From Promethearchaeota archaeon (GTDB lineage Archaea; Asgardarchaeota; Lokiarchaeia; Sigyniarchaeales; SOKP01): a stretch of DNA of 64,000 nt. The stretch covers positions 1-64,000 of the forward strand of contig SHMW01000005.1 of NCBI GenBank assembly GCA_008080735.1. The letters are read 5' to 3'. Position 1 is the first letter of the stretch. Each line of letters opens with the position of its first letter. The position numbers were made by a program, and so were the translations under genes. Shown one piece after another: positions 47,141 to 57,640 of this stretch. A model generated the notes under the pieces. The model saw nothing but the letters and a program-made list of their open reading frames with translations. It ran no database searches and was not told the origin of the DNA.

Positions 47141-48111
47141 AGAAAATTGATTTATTTAAAGTTAACAATTATTCATTAACACCAATGACTTATGATCATT
47201 TGCTACATGGATCTGTAGTTAAAGAGTTTGAACAAAAGATAGCAAGTTTTGTAGGTGCCAAATATGCTGTTGCACTTAATAGTGCTACGTCTGCCATCTT
47301 TCTATCAATGAAAATTTTGTCTCCAGATACAGCCATTATTCCAAGTATGATTCCACCAGTAGTACCAAATGCTATACGTAATGCTGGTTGTAATGTTATA
47401 TTTAATATTAACGATATCAATTGGGTTGGTGGTCCATACAGAATCAAATTTACTGGTAGAAACGAACAGTTTAGACTGATAGACTCGGCACAACATATTA
47501 GTAAAAATCAATATATATCAAGTTATAATTCTTCCAAAGATGATGTTGCTATAGTCTATAGTTTTTATCCAACCAAGCCCATTGGAGGTATAGATGGTGG
47601 TATTATTGTTTCTGACAATAAAGGATTTATCGATAAAGTTAGGATGATGGCATATAACGGCATGGATCATAGTGATAATAGTTGGGATAGAGAACCAATA
47701 GATTATGGTTGGAAAATGTATATGAGTTCTACACAAGCAGATTTTGCACTTAGAAGTTTTTACGATTTTAAACACAACATTGTTAAATTAGATTATATTC
47801 GACAACTCTATAATAAATTATTTAGGATTAATAACTATAGTTATCATTTATATAGGATTCGTGTCTATAACAATATTGATTTTATAAAATATGCAAACAA
47901 AAATCAGATAACATGTGGTATACATTATAAATACTGCCATAAACAAAATATATATAAACAGCCTGGGTTTTCCACAGTTGGAACTGACGATAATTTAGAC
48001 GAAACATTCGTAAGTATTCCTTTCCATGTTGGTATGAATGACGATCAGGTGAATTATATAGGTGATAAATATTATGAATATATGCAAGATAAGAAATCCA
48101 CAAAGTCTTAA
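47137..48111 (+). CDS. DegT/DnrJ/EryC1/StrS sugar aminotransferase
   Basis: NSATSA, IDSAQ, SFYPTK (PLP Lys), DGG, GIHY, SIPFH. Confidence 0.85.
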   Translation: MKKIDLFKVNNYSLTPMTYDHLLHGSVVKEFEQKIASFVGAKYAVALNSATSAIFLSMKILSPDTAIIPSMIPPVVPNAIRNAGCNVIFNINDINWVGGPYRIKFTGRNEQFRLIDSAQHISKNQYISSYNSSKDDVAIVYSFYPTKPIGGIDGGIIVSDNKGFIDKVRMMAYNGMDHSDNSWDREPIDYGWKMYMSSTQADFALRSFYDFKHNIVKLDYIRQLYNKLFRINNYSYHLYRIRVYNNIDFIKYANKNQITCGIHYKYCHKQNIYKQPGFSTVGTDDNLDETFVSIPFHVGMNDDQVNYIGDKYYEYMQDKKSTKS

Positions 48112-48490
48112 AACATTCATCGATCGTGATGGTCGGCTAACACCAGTTGAATTTTACGATGTACCGTTTAAACCTAAACGTATGTTCTATGTTACCAATG
48201 TGCCTAAAAATGATATACGCGGAGGACACGCACATTATGAAACACAACAACTGCTGATATGTATTGACGGTAGGATAGGTGTCATGTTGTTTGATGGATA
48301 TAATGAACATTATACCGTAATAGAAAAAGACGAAGCGGTATTTGTAGATAAAATGATATGGGATTCTCAAATATTTTTGACAGGTAACGATGTTATGGTA
48401 TCTTTATGTTCTACCAATTATGACAAAAACGATTATATTGAGAATAAGGAACAATTTATAAAATTAGTTAAGGATAAGTCATATGAATGA
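48074..48490 (+). CDS. FdtA/QdtA (WxcM-like) sugar 3,4-ketoisomerase, cupin fold
   Basis: D.DGRL, PFKPKR.FY, RGGHAH, YD..DYI. Confidence 0.85.
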   Translation: MNICKIRNPQSLKTFIDRDGRLTPVEFYDVPFKPKRMFYVTNVPKNDIRGGHAHYETQQLLICIDGRIGVMLFDGYNEHYTVIEKDEAVFVDKMIWDSQIFLTGNDVMVSLCSTNYDKNDYIENKEQFIKLVKDKSYE

Positions 48491-49226
48491 AATAATAAGA
48501 AATTTATCTAATAAGATAACCAAACCTGTTACTGTATTTGATTTAGAAACAACAGATGTAGATCATAATACATGTGATATTGTCCAATTCTACGGTTGTC
48601 GAGTTTCTAAAGATAAAGACCCATTAGAAATTTCGTTTATCTGTAAACCTAGAATTCCAATAGAAAATGGTGCTGCTGAAGTACATGGTATAACCAACGA
48701 AATAGCAGACACTTATAGTGGTATACAAACACATATCAAACGTGTTTATGAATTGTTTGCTAATGCAGACGTGGCCGGATACAATATTAAGAGGTTCGAT
48801 TTGCCAGTTATGGATAGAATTTTAAGAGAATTTGGTTTTCATGATACTTTTAAGGATTCATATATATATGATGCATATCCAATATACTTGACACATTCAC
48901 CAAGAAATTTATCAGAATCATATAAATATTATTTACAAAAAGAATTAAAAGATGCACATGACGCATCGGCTGATTCTCTAGCTACTATAGAAATAATTAA
49001 CGCCCAGTTAGATAAAGAAAACAAAAACTTAATTGATTTATCAGATAATCCTAATGACAGAGTGGGATTTAGCGATCATATTATTATAGAGGGTGGAAAC
49101 CATATTATAAACTTTGGTAAATACAAAGGAACATTGGTTAAAGATGTTGACAAAGGTTTCTTAAAATGGGTGTTGAACAAGGATTTTCCAGAACCAGTTA
49201 AAAGCGTGATAAAAAGGTATGTCTGA
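48483..49226 (+). CDS. DEDDh exonuclease (DNA pol III epsilon-like) with C-terminal FGKYKG domain
   Basis: FDLETT, VHGI, GYNI.RFD, AHDASAD, FGKYKG. Confidence 0.85.
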   Translation: MNEIIRNLSNKITKPVTVFDLETTDVDHNTCDIVQFYGCRVSKDKDPLEISFICKPRIPIENGAAEVHGITNEIADTYSGIQTHIKRVYELFANADVAGYNIKRFDLPVMDRILREFGFHDTFKDSYIYDAYPIYLTHSPRNLSESYKYYLQKELKDAHDASADSLATIEIINAQLDKENKNLIDLSDNPNDRVGFSDHIIIEGGNHIINFGKYKGTLVKDVDKGFLKWVLNKDFPEPVKSVIKRYV

Positions 49227-49657
49227 TGTTATCAGAACAATCCAAAAAAGCTATAGAAAACATAATGATTAATGATATAATCATTAACCATATAGAGGAT
49301 AATGATTTTATTGTAGAACTTGTAAGTAAAAAGTGTCATAAAGAAATTTTGTATAACCAATTTAAACAGGACACAAAACAATCTAATTCCATATATCAGA
49401 TTGTATCATTTGCAAAAATTGTAATTAGAAATGAAACCAATGGGTTTGCTAAATTAGATAGAATATATCTACCAACAGATATATATAATAAACTAAAATC
49501 TCAGTCTGAAGGCAAAAACTTTACTATTTATGGAGTTAAAGTTCTTGAAACTACACACAGAAAGTGTGAATGGATAGCGGCTATTGCTAAGTGCGATGAA
49601 ATATCTAACAGATCTCTTGGATACAAGGTTGTAATCGATGGCGAAATCGAGATTTGA
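49226..49657 (+). CDS. hypothetical protein
   Basis: ORF. Confidence 0.55.
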   Translation: MLSEQSKKAIENIMINDIIINHIEDNDFIVELVSKKCHKEILYNQFKQDTKQSNSIYQIVSFAKIVIRNETNGFAKLDRIYLPTDIYNKLKSQSEGKNFTIYGVKVLETTHRKCEWIAAIAKCDEISNRSLGYKVVIDGEIEI

Positions 49658-50204
49658 TTACAGAAGCAAAAGTGCATTCAAGAAAGATATTAAGCAATCT
49701 TCGATAGAAGAAGCTGAAATAGCAATTCGTATCGCTGTTGACATCAGTGAAAGACTAGGATTTTGGACTGATATAATACCATTTGGCACAGACTATACTG
49801 GTGAATTTAAAAAAGATGTCAATCATGTAAATCTAGAACCAGATTATATCATATGTGGCGTTCCTATAGAAATAACAAGGTCTAAAAATATATGTCATAC
49901 TTATTTTCACGAAAAGGTTGCTAAAACCAATTTTTGCATTAAGAATAATTATGAGATGTGTTTTGTTAATGGATTCAAGTTAGACAATCCAAAATATATT
50001 ATGATAAATTCTGAACAACTTAAAACTTTTACACAATTAGCTTTATTGACATATGGTAAGATTAAACATTACCACAGTGGTAGTAAACCTTGTTATAAAT
50101 ACAATATAAAATGGTTTGATGGATTGTGGCGTGATTTACCACCAATACCCAATGATATACCGAAGAACTATCGATCCATACTAAAGGATGTTAAATGTCA
50201 ATAG
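49638..50204 (+). CDS. hypothetical protein, possible PD-(D/E)xK nuclease
   Basis: E..A...G.D..G..PDY....IEI pattern. Confidence 0.45.
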   Translation: MAKSRFDYRSKSAFKKDIKQSSIEEAEIAIRIAVDISERLGFWTDIIPFGTDYTGEFKKDVNHVNLEPDYIICGVPIEITRSKNICHTYFHEKVAKTNFCIKNNYEMCFVNGFKLDNPKYIMINSEQLKTFTQLALLTYGKIKHYHSGSKPCYKYNIKWFDGLWRDLPPIPNDIPKNYRSILKDVKCQ

Positions 50205-50542
50205 CAAACTGTAATGTGTATAGGGTGTATAGATGCTGTAATTGTAAGGCTGAGATTGGAATAAACCAACTAGCATCTGATGATTGGTTTAAAAATTGCC
50301 CAATGTGTAAGCAGGATGAATTGATTATTAAATCTGCTAAATTATCAATTAATACTATTGTTGATGGTCAAACTCCACAAACTATTGGGTCATTAGCTGA
50401 TAAAAACAGAGATATTAAACTTAAGAATGGAGAGATTAAAGAGAAGAAAAAACCACCTAGGCCATGGTGGCGTAAATCAGATAAGATTAATTTTGATATA
50501 CTTAAAAATCCAAGAAGATATATAGAAACCGGTAAAACATAA
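50195..50542 (+). CDS. FmdB-like zinc-ribbon protein
   Basis: YRCCNC...CPMC; TIGSLA.KN; PWWR. Confidence 0.65.
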   Translation: MSIANCNVYRVYRCCNCKAEIGINQLASDDWFKNCPMCKQDELIIKSAKLSINTIVDGQTPQTIGSLADKNRDIKLKNGEIKEKKKPPRPWWRKSDKINFDILKNPRRYIETGKT

Positions 50543-50832
50543 TGAATATTGACTCAGAAACTAATCTTGCACTAGAACATGAAATTAGATGTTCTAATTG
50601 TAATAAACCATTGGTAAATGTTGGTGTTTATTCAAATAAAGGAGAAATTGTCACAAGATATAGAGTGATTAGATGTGCATATTGTGGTGGTAAATCTTTT
50701 TTGACACCAGAATTTAGAGGTAAAACAATTTTCGGTTCTGTAAAAGAAAATATAGATGTTATGGTGGATAATATTGAAACTAAAGACGATACTAATAGTG
50801 TGGTATATCTAGTAACCAAAATAAAGGAATGA
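50542..50832 (+). CDS. zinc-ribbon protein
   Basis: CSNC...CAYCGG.SF. Confidence 0.6.
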   Translation: MNIDSETNLALEHEIRCSNCNKPLVNVGVYSNKGEIVTRYRVIRCAYCGGKSFLTPEFRGKTIFGSVKENIDVMVDNIETKDDTNSVVYLVTKIKE

Positions 50833-51188
50833 TAATGAATATTGAAGATTTTGTAATACGAAGCGATCCAAAATATAAAGTTGATAAAACGTTTTACAAC
50901 GCAAAGGGACAAGACACTAAGAACACTAGTGAGGCTGTTGCTATTAAGATGATGGTAGAGAACAATGGTCATCAAGAAATATATAAAATACTTGTTTCGG
51001 TAAAAGGAGAAGTCTTTAATCCCATTGACAAACATCGTGTTGATTCTAGGACAAGTGAAAAGATGCCTATGTTTAAATTCAAATCGGTAAGTCCAAAAAT
51101 TTTCAACGATTATATTAAGTTTTTGCAAAGTAAAAATAAAAGTAATAGTGCATACAATTCAATCAATCGAGAGGTGTTGTCGTTATGA
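50829..51188 (+). CDS. hypothetical protein
   Basis: ORF. Confidence 0.6.
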   Translation: MIMNIEDFVIRSDPKYKVDKTFYNAKGQDTKNTSEAVAIKMMVENNGHQEIYKILVSVKGEVFNPIDKHRVDSRTSEKMPMFKFKSVSPKIFNDYIKFLQSKNKSNSAYNSINREVLSL

Positions 51189-51442
51189 ACGAAGATTATA
51201 TAAAAGAAGAAATTCAGAAATATTTAGATCGATCAAAGGCTATAACGTTTAGTAACCAGCGTGGTAAAACATTATTTATCAATAAGATTATTGACATTAT
51301 TAACGATGGCAAAAATAAGGAAGAAGATGATTATTCAAATACAAGAAACTGTGTGATACGCACTAAAAATCCAGAAGATGTAGCTGGTTATGCCGTTATG
51401 ACGCCAGAGATGTCGGCACAAAGTGATGAAAAATCAAATTAA
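51185..51442 (+). CDS. hypothetical protein
   Basis: ORF. Confidence 0.55.
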   Translation: MNEDYIKEEIQKYLDRSKAITFSNQRGKTLFINKIIDIINDGKNKEEDDYSNTRNCVIRTKNPEDVAGYAVMTPEMSAQSDEKSN

Positions 51443-51995
51443 TTGGTCAAACCCCAAATGGGATCATGCAGGAAAACTACCAAAGGAATTTGATTCATTA
51501 TTCAATCCAGGGAGTAAGATTACTTGGACACAATATATAGCAGAATTAATAATCAAAAACAGGGTTAAATATATTAAAAGTTATCCTAAAATTACCATTG
51601 GTAACAATTGGTATCATCCTATCAATGCAGAAGTAAGAAAGTTATGTCAAAGTGCTTCTTATATAATTAAATTTTTCCCTCATTATAAAGATAATAGTTC
51701 AGTGATACCAGCTTTTCGTAGATATATAACGTCCAAACCAGTGTTCAAGCTTGGTATGCCTAAAAAATCTTTGGTCAAAAAAAATGGAAAGGCAAATATT
51801 ACTCAGCATGAAAAGGATATTATTCTTGGCGTATGGAGTTATATAAAAGATATAGAAAGTGTCAAAAGTAAAGCTGATATTGTCGATAATAAGGTATGCA
51901 AGAAAGATAGTATTAAATTTGATACCGGATCGGTTGGTAAGAAAAAATCTGGGATTAGAAATCTCAGAAATATAGAGGATGGCTTAAGTGGATAA
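51423..51995 (+). CDS. hypothetical protein
   Basis: ORF preceding the recombinase. Confidence 0.6.
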   Translation: MMKNQINWSNPKWDHAGKLPKEFDSLFNPGSKITWTQYIAELIIKNRVKYIKSYPKITIGNNWYHPINAEVRKLCQSASYIIKFFPHYKDNSSVIPAFRRYITSKPVFKLGMPKKSLVKKNGKANITQHEKDIILGVWSYIKDIESVKSKADIVDNKVCKKDSIKFDTGSVGKKKSGIRNLRNIEDGLSG

Positions 51996-53055
51996 TAAAG
52001 ATATTTATAGATTATCAGCAGATCAACTTATTGAAATTGAAGACAACAGAAAAATAGTGCCATGCACTTTGTCTTCTGATTTAGAAATGTACGGTGGGTT
52101 CCCAATGGGTTCTACTGCTGTTATTGCTGGCAAGCCTGGTCTTGGTAAAACGTCTGTTTCACTATGGTTGGCAGCTAATGCACAAAATAAGTACGGAGCC
52201 AAGGTTTTCTTTTTCCCAGTAGAAGGTCGTTTAACTAAGATGGTCATGGCTCATGCTAGACACTTGAAAAAAGACATAGATAACTTTGAGATTATTATGC
52301 CACCACCGATAAAAAACAAAGGTGGAAATATCGTTGGTTATAAAAGATGGACTGCTGAAGAATGGTGGGATGTAATTGGTCAAACAATAATTGACAATTC
52401 AAATTGTGTTATTATAGTTGATTCATTAGCTTCATTATCTTCAGAAAAAGAATCTTCTGAGGCCATGGGGTATCAAAGTCGTGGTCTTGAAAAGAAACTA
52501 GAAGCACAATTCTGTCGTAAATACTGTACACTTGTACGCCCAAAAGAGATATTATTAATACTTTTAACACAGGTCCAAGCTAATACTAGTGGGTATGGTA
52601 TGCCAATACAAGCTAAAGTTGGCAACCAAATTTACCATCATGCCGACATATTTATGTTCGGCAAATCTATGAAAAAATGGACTGCTGATAGCAATAATAA
52701 AATATTAGGACATGATATGGTGTATGTTGTTGAAAAATATGGACCAACACGCGATATCAGTATACCTCTTAGATATGGTTATGGTATTGACGATATTAAG
52801 GATTTGATAGATGTTTCTATAAATCATGGTATTATACAAAAAAATGGTTCTTGGTATAACATGCCGTTTACAGGTGAAGAAGATGAAAAACCAGAAGTAA
52901 ATATTAAATTGTTCGAAAAAGAACAAAATATTAAGTTTCAGGGTGAAACAAAAGCTAGAAATTGGTTGTTAATACGACCAGACTATGCTAAGTGTATCAG
53001 AGATAAAATCAATAGCATATATAATTCGGAACTAGAACTAGATGAAGATGATTGA
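51988..53055 (+). CDS. RecA/UvsX-like recombinase
   Basis: GGFP.G, GKPGLGKT, IIVDSLASL, YGYGID, G.I.K.GSWY. Confidence 0.88.
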   Translation: MDNKDIYRLSADQLIEIEDNRKIVPCTLSSDLEMYGGFPMGSTAVIAGKPGLGKTSVSLWLAANAQNKYGAKVFFFPVEGRLTKMVMAHARHLKKDIDNFEIIMPPPIKNKGGNIVGYKRWTAEEWWDVIGQTIIDNSNCVIIVDSLASLSSEKESSEAMGYQSRGLEKKLEAQFCRKYCTLVRPKEILLILLTQVQANTSGYGMPIQAKVGNQIYHHADIFMFGKSMKKWTADSNNKILGHDMVYVVEKYGPTRDISIPLRYGYGIDDIKDLIDVSINHGIIQKNGSWYNMPFTGEEDEKPEVNIKLFEKEQNIKFQGETKARNWLLIRPDYAKCIRDKINSIYNSELELDEDD

Positions 53056-53431
53056 TGTTAACGGACAGTCATGTTCAGTAAGCGTCAAACCGAGCGACTA
53101 TCCAATAAAGGGTGAAAATAGTCGCTCTATTTTTCAGAAAGAAATTGGTGAAAAATTACAAGAAAGATATCCACACGATATAATATTGGAAGAATTCAAC
53201 ATACCTAATAGCAGGTTGTATATAGACTTTTTTTTACCAAATCGCAAATTGGTTATAGAAGTAGATGGCAGCCAGCACGATAAGTATAGTGGATACTTTC
53301 ATGGCAATAAACTAACCTCTCGTAAATTTGCTAGACAAATTGATAACGATTATATAAAAGAACAATGGACACAAATAAACCAGTTCAAGATGATAAGGAT
53401 TCGACCGGACAAACCAATATTGGATTTCTAA
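53042..53431 (+). CDS. DUF559/Vsr-like endonuclease
   Basis: LYIDFFLP..LVIEVDGSQH...D..K..W. Confidence 0.75.
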   Translation: MKMIDVNGQSCSVSVKPSDYPIKGENSRSIFQKEIGEKLQERYPHDIILEEFNIPNSRLYIDFFLPNRKLVIEVDGSQHDKYSGYFHGNKLTSRKFARQIDNDYIKEQWTQINQFKMIRIRPDKPILDF

Positions 53432-53904
53432 GTGAAGATTATATCAAAAATATAGAAGAATCTTTATTAAAATACGAAAAAGATACTTTAGGACTAAGCT
53501 ATATTAAATTTGAAGCACCAGAATGTCTAATGATGAAAATTTCAGAACTACGAAATAAGACACCTGAAATATTAGCTGAATATAGTTTGGAATTACATAG
53601 GTATGCTTTATATATTCAACAAACAGTGAATAAAAACAAATCATGGGAAAGATGGGCCAAATCAAAGCTTAATGAAGTTGCTGCTTACTATTTGGTCGAA
53701 ATAGATTCACATTATGGTTTTAATGAACGTGAATTGATTGCCAAGAATAATAATGATCATGCTAGGAAATTAAATAAATTTCTTCGTAATATACAAATGC
53801 GAATAGACAGACTGTATAATTTATCTAATAATATATCTGCTATTGCAGATTCAATTAAAGATTTAAGATTCGCAGCAACCAACAGAGAAAAATATAGGAG
53901 TTAA
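53365..53904 (+). CDS. coiled-coil protein, possible recombination mediator
   Basis: Helical composition; position between recombinase and helicase (inference). Confidence 0.5.
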   Translation: MDTNKPVQDDKDSTGQTNIGFLSEDYIKNIEESLLKYEKDTLGLSYIKFEAPECLMMKISELRNKTPEILAEYSLELHRYALYIQQTVNKNKSWERWAKSKLNEVAAYYLVEIDSHYGFNERELIAKNNNDHARKLNKFLRNIQMRIDRLYNLSNNISAIADSIKDLRFAATNREKYRS

Positions 53905-53906
53905 TA

Positions 53907-54350
53907 ATGAGTGATGTAAGTGATGGATTGAAATTGATACGTAATGGTATTATTAATAACAATTTACAAACAATATGCGATGGATACAATAAGATAACTA
54001 AGGAAAATATTAAAATAGATTTAGATATTGATGTATCAGATATTTTAACAGAAACAAATACTTGTGACAAAAAGTTAGAGAATGATAGACACAAGTTAAT
54101 TAAGAAACTAATGTCTCATCGTAAGAATAAAAATTCTCGTAAAAATCTAGAAGGTATGCATATACTAGATTTAGCTTATATATTGCAGGATCTAATATCG
54201 GAAGATATAGAACATAATGAAAACGTAGAATTTAATACAAAGATAATTGGTAAAACACCTGCTGGCAATCCGATAAAAGCAATAACAGTAGAAGAAACAG
54301 AAGATGAAAAATTTATCAACCGTATAATAGAACAATATACAAATGAGTAA
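53907..54350 (+). CDS. hypothetical protein
   Basis: ORF. Confidence 0.55.
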   Translation: MSDVSDGLKLIRNGIINNNLQTICDGYNKITKENIKIDLDIDVSDILTETNTCDKKLENDRHKLIKKLMSHRKNKNSRKNLEGMHILDLAYILQDLISEDIEHNENVEFNTKIIGKTPAGNPIKAITVEETEDEKFINRIIEQYTNE

Positions 54351-55797
54351 GAACAATCTTTGTGATCAAGCGTCGGAACGTTTATTACTTAGCTCGTTGG
54401 TTAAAAATGGACCTAATGCTTTTATAGATATAAACGCAATAGTTTCTGCCGAAGATTTTAATCTTGGAATAAATAAACTAATATTTAAATGTATCAGTGG
54501 GTTATATGAAGATGGTTTTAATAGCTTTGATCCCGAATCTATTCTTCTAAAAGGTAGAAATTTAGGATTTGATAAATATTTTGACAAACAAGAGAATATA
54601 GAATATATAGAACTACTTGAACACGGTTCGTCTTCAAAAGATAATGTTGAACTATTCGCTTATCAAATAAAAAAGTGGTCAGTATTACGCAAACTTCATA
54701 ATAGATACAAAGATGCCGCTAAATATATAGAAGAAGTAGAAAAAGACGAAAAGTTGTCTACTATATTGGGACATGCAGAAGAAAAAATAGTAGACTTTAT
54801 CAACGATGTTGATGATGGCGAGGTTATTGGTAGCTTGTCAGAGAATATCAAAAGTTGTGTTCAAGATGTCATTAATTCTGAAGTTATTGATCAAGTTGGT
54901 ATTCCAACAGGCTTCCAGCAATATGATCAAGCTATTGGCGGTGGATTAAGACGTGGTGGTATAAACATTATCGCCAGTCGTGCAAAATGCGGCAAGTCTT
55001 TTATGGCCTTAAACATGGCCTTAAATATGTCCAAACTTAATATTCCAGTCTTATATCTAGATACAGAGCTAACACAAGAATATCAGCAGTCTCGATTAGT
55101 ATCAATAGAATCAGGATGTCCATTATATTTATATGAGACACGAAGATTTAGAGAAGACAAGAATTTACTTGAATCTGTTAAAATGGCAGGTGAATCTCTC
55201 AGTAAACTTAAAATACAATACAGATCAATAGCTGGTTTGTCTTATCAAGAAGCATTGGCTGTAGTTAGACGATGGTTGGTAAAGTACGTTGGATTCAATG
55301 AAAATGGACAGGCTAAAGACTGTGTAATTGTTTATGATTATCTAAAAATGACTGGCCATGAAAAAATTGGTAGTAGTACTCCAGAATGGATACTTCTTGG
55401 GCTTATGATAACAGAAATGCAGAACTTCTGTGTCAAATATGGCGTACCAATGCTTGCATTCTCCCAGTTAAATAGAGAAGGTATAAGTTCTGATAGCACA
55501 GGTTCTATAGCTGGTTCGGACAGATTATTGTGGCTATGTTCCTCTATGTCTATATTGAGAAACAAGACCGAAGAAGATGTAGAAATGCAATGTGGATGGG
55601 ACTTTGGAAATAAAAAGTTATTAGTTTTAGAGGCTAGATATGGGCCTGGTTTATTTCATGATGACTATATAAATCTTGTCGCATCTTTAAAACCAAATCG
55701 CAGTGAGTATGAAGCTTGTGGTAAAATCACCGAAGGTTTAACGTATTATGACTGCATCAAGTCAACTACAAATACAGCAAGTCGAACAGATAGCTAG
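54343..55797 (+). CDS. dnaB: replicative DNA helicase
   Basis: GIPTGF, RAKCGKS, LDTE, VYDYL, SQLNR, ARYG. Confidence 0.9.
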   Translation: MSKNNLCDQASERLLLSSLVKNGPNAFIDINAIVSAEDFNLGINKLIFKCISGLYEDGFNSFDPESILLKGRNLGFDKYFDKQENIEYIELLEHGSSSKDNVELFAYQIKKWSVLRKLHNRYKDAAKYIEEVEKDEKLSTILGHAEEKIVDFINDVDDGEVIGSLSENIKSCVQDVINSEVIDQVGIPTGFQQYDQAIGGGLRRGGINIIASRAKCGKSFMALNMALNMSKLNIPVLYLDTELTQEYQQSRLVSIESGCPLYLYETRRFREDKNLLESVKMAGESLSKLKIQYRSIAGLSYQEALAVVRRWLVKYVGFNENGQAKDCVIVYDYLKMTGHEKIGSSTPEWILLGLMITEMQNFCVKYGVPMLAFSQLNREGISSDSTGSIAGSDRLLWLCSSMSILRNKTEEDVEMQCGWDFGNKKLLVLEARYGPGLFHDDYINLVASLKPNRSEYEACGKITEGLTYYDCIKSTTNTASRTDS

Positions 55798-56839
55798 AGA
55801 AAATTTTGATGACGTGTTAGACTTGCTAAACATCAATACTAGCGACATTATTTATAGTCATGATAATATCAGGATGCCATGCCCAATTCATAAAGGTGAT
55901 AACCCAACCGCTTTTGTTATGGATACGGAAACATTTAGTTGGCATTGTTTTTCCAATAAATGTCATGAAAAATATACAAGAACCATGATTGGTTTTATAC
56001 AAGGGGTTTTAGGTTATAATTTTAGAGATTCTGTAAACTGGGTGGTAAATAACTTTGGTAGTGATATTAAGAATTCTGATTTTGATTCAGAAAAATTAAT
56101 AGTTAAAAATTTAATAAGACAAATAAAACGTAACGATGAACATCATGATCAAAGATGCAGTATTCCACTTGATACAATAACGCAATCATTCAAGGTCAGT
56201 GATTTCTTTAAAGATCTCGGTTTTCAAACTGAAGTTTTAAAAAAGTTTTATGTGTTTGATTGTTATAACAAGAATAAACCAATGTATTTAAGAGCTTGTG
56301 CTCCGATAATAAGTAATGATTACAAAAATATGCATGGAATAACAGGTCGTACACTATTACCTAAATGTGAATTGTGCAATAAGTATCATGTTGGTAAGTT
56401 TGGTTGCCCGAATGATAACCCAAGTATTAAAAGTTATCCCAAATGGAAACATTATGGATTTTCATCAAAAACAGTCTTATATAATTTTTGGAATGTATAC
56501 AGTATCAAACCTAAGACAGTGGTTATAGTAGAAGGTCCAAAAGATGTTTGGTGGCTAGACCAACATGGAGTATATAACGCATTAGGTTTATTCGGATTGA
56601 ACATTAGTGTATATAACATCAAACAGTTATTAAAATTAGGAGTTGAGAATATTGTATTATGTACCGATAATGATGAAAGAGGCAGCGAGGCAGAATATGA
56701 TTTATCTAAAAAACTTTATAAATTTTTCAATATATATAAATTGTCCAGCATTATCGATCCGGGTAAAGATATAGCTGACATGCCAGATGACTTTATCGCA
56801 AATGAAATACATCCAGTAATTAAAAATATAGGCGGTTAA
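55748..56839 (+). CDS. dnaG: DNA primase (CHC2 Zn finger plus TOPRIM)
   Basis: CPIH.GDN..W.CF..C; VEGPKD; TDND; KDIAD. Confidence 0.88.
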   Translation: MTASSQLQIQQVEQIARENFDDVLDLLNINTSDIIYSHDNIRMPCPIHKGDNPTAFVMDTETFSWHCFSNKCHEKYTRTMIGFIQGVLGYNFRDSVNWVVNNFGSDIKNSDFDSEKLIVKNLIRQIKRNDEHHDQRCSIPLDTITQSFKVSDFFKDLGFQTEVLKKFYVFDCYNKNKPMYLRACAPIISNDYKNMHGITGRTLLPKCELCNKYHVGKFGCPNDNPSIKSYPKWKHYGFSSKTVLYNFWNVYSIKPKTVVIVEGPKDVWWLDQHGVYNALGLFGLNISVYNIKQLLKLGVENIVLCTDNDERGSEAEYDLSKKLYKFFNIYKLSSIIDPGKDIADMPDDFIANEIHPVIKNIGG

Positions 56840-56840
56840 T

Positions 56841-57626
56841 ATGGAAAAATTAGTTATTGTTTTCTCAGGCAAAAAACAAAGTGGTAAATCGGCTGCCTGT
56901 AAATTTATTCTCTCGTATTATATAAACCAGCTATTGGGGGTCGATCGCTTTAGTGTTATTAATAAAAACAAAAGCACTTATATACACGATTCTTTTGACA
57001 ATTCTATAATAGATATAGAATCTGATCGTAATGCTGTACAAACATTAGAGTCAACTTATAAAACAAGAGTATATAGCTTTGCAGACAAGTTAAAACAAAT
57101 TTGTATTGATGTTTTAGGACTAGATGTTAGACAATGTTATGGTGCTGATAGGGACAAGAATACTAATACACATATAACTTGGGATAGAATGCCACCGGAT
57201 ATAAGGCAAAAATATAAAAGGCCGAGGCGTGGAACAGGAGAAGTGTTAGAAGCTAGTGGTTATATGAGTGGCCGAGAGATTATGCAGGTGATTGGTAGTG
57301 ATTTTTTTAGAAAGTTAGACAACTCGTGTTGGGCCAGAGGAACTTATAATACCATTTTTAATGATAGCAATAAATTAATATGTGTATCCGATGCTAGATT
57401 TCCAAATGAAGTTACGATGGGTACAGAAAGAAATGCAAAAGTTATTAGACTACTTAGAAATTCATCTGCCAAAGAAGACAATCATATATCCGAAACAGCT
57501 TTAGATGATTTTCCTCTCGGAGAATATTCTTTAGTAATAGACAATAAAAATTTAAGCATGAAAGAAACGCACAATATACTTAAATCATATTTAGATCAGT
57601 GGTTAAAAGATTACGATATACTATAA
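56841..57626 (+). CDS. deoxynucleoside monophosphate kinase
   Basis: SGKKQSGKS, SFADKLK, REIMQ..G, DARFPNE, HISE. Confidence 0.85.
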   Translation: MEKLVIVFSGKKQSGKSAACKFILSYYINQLLGVDRFSVINKNKSTYIHDSFDNSIIDIESDRNAVQTLESTYKTRVYSFADKLKQICIDVLGLDVRQCYGADRDKNTNTHITWDRMPPDIRQKYKRPRRGTGEVLEASGYMSGREIMQVIGSDFFRKLDNSCWARGTYNTIFNDSNKLICVSDARFPNEVTMGTERNAKVIRLLRNSSAKEDNHISETALDDFPLGEYSLVIDNKNLSMKETHNILKSYLDQWLKDYDIL

Positions 57627-57640
57627 TAGAAAGCGAAATA

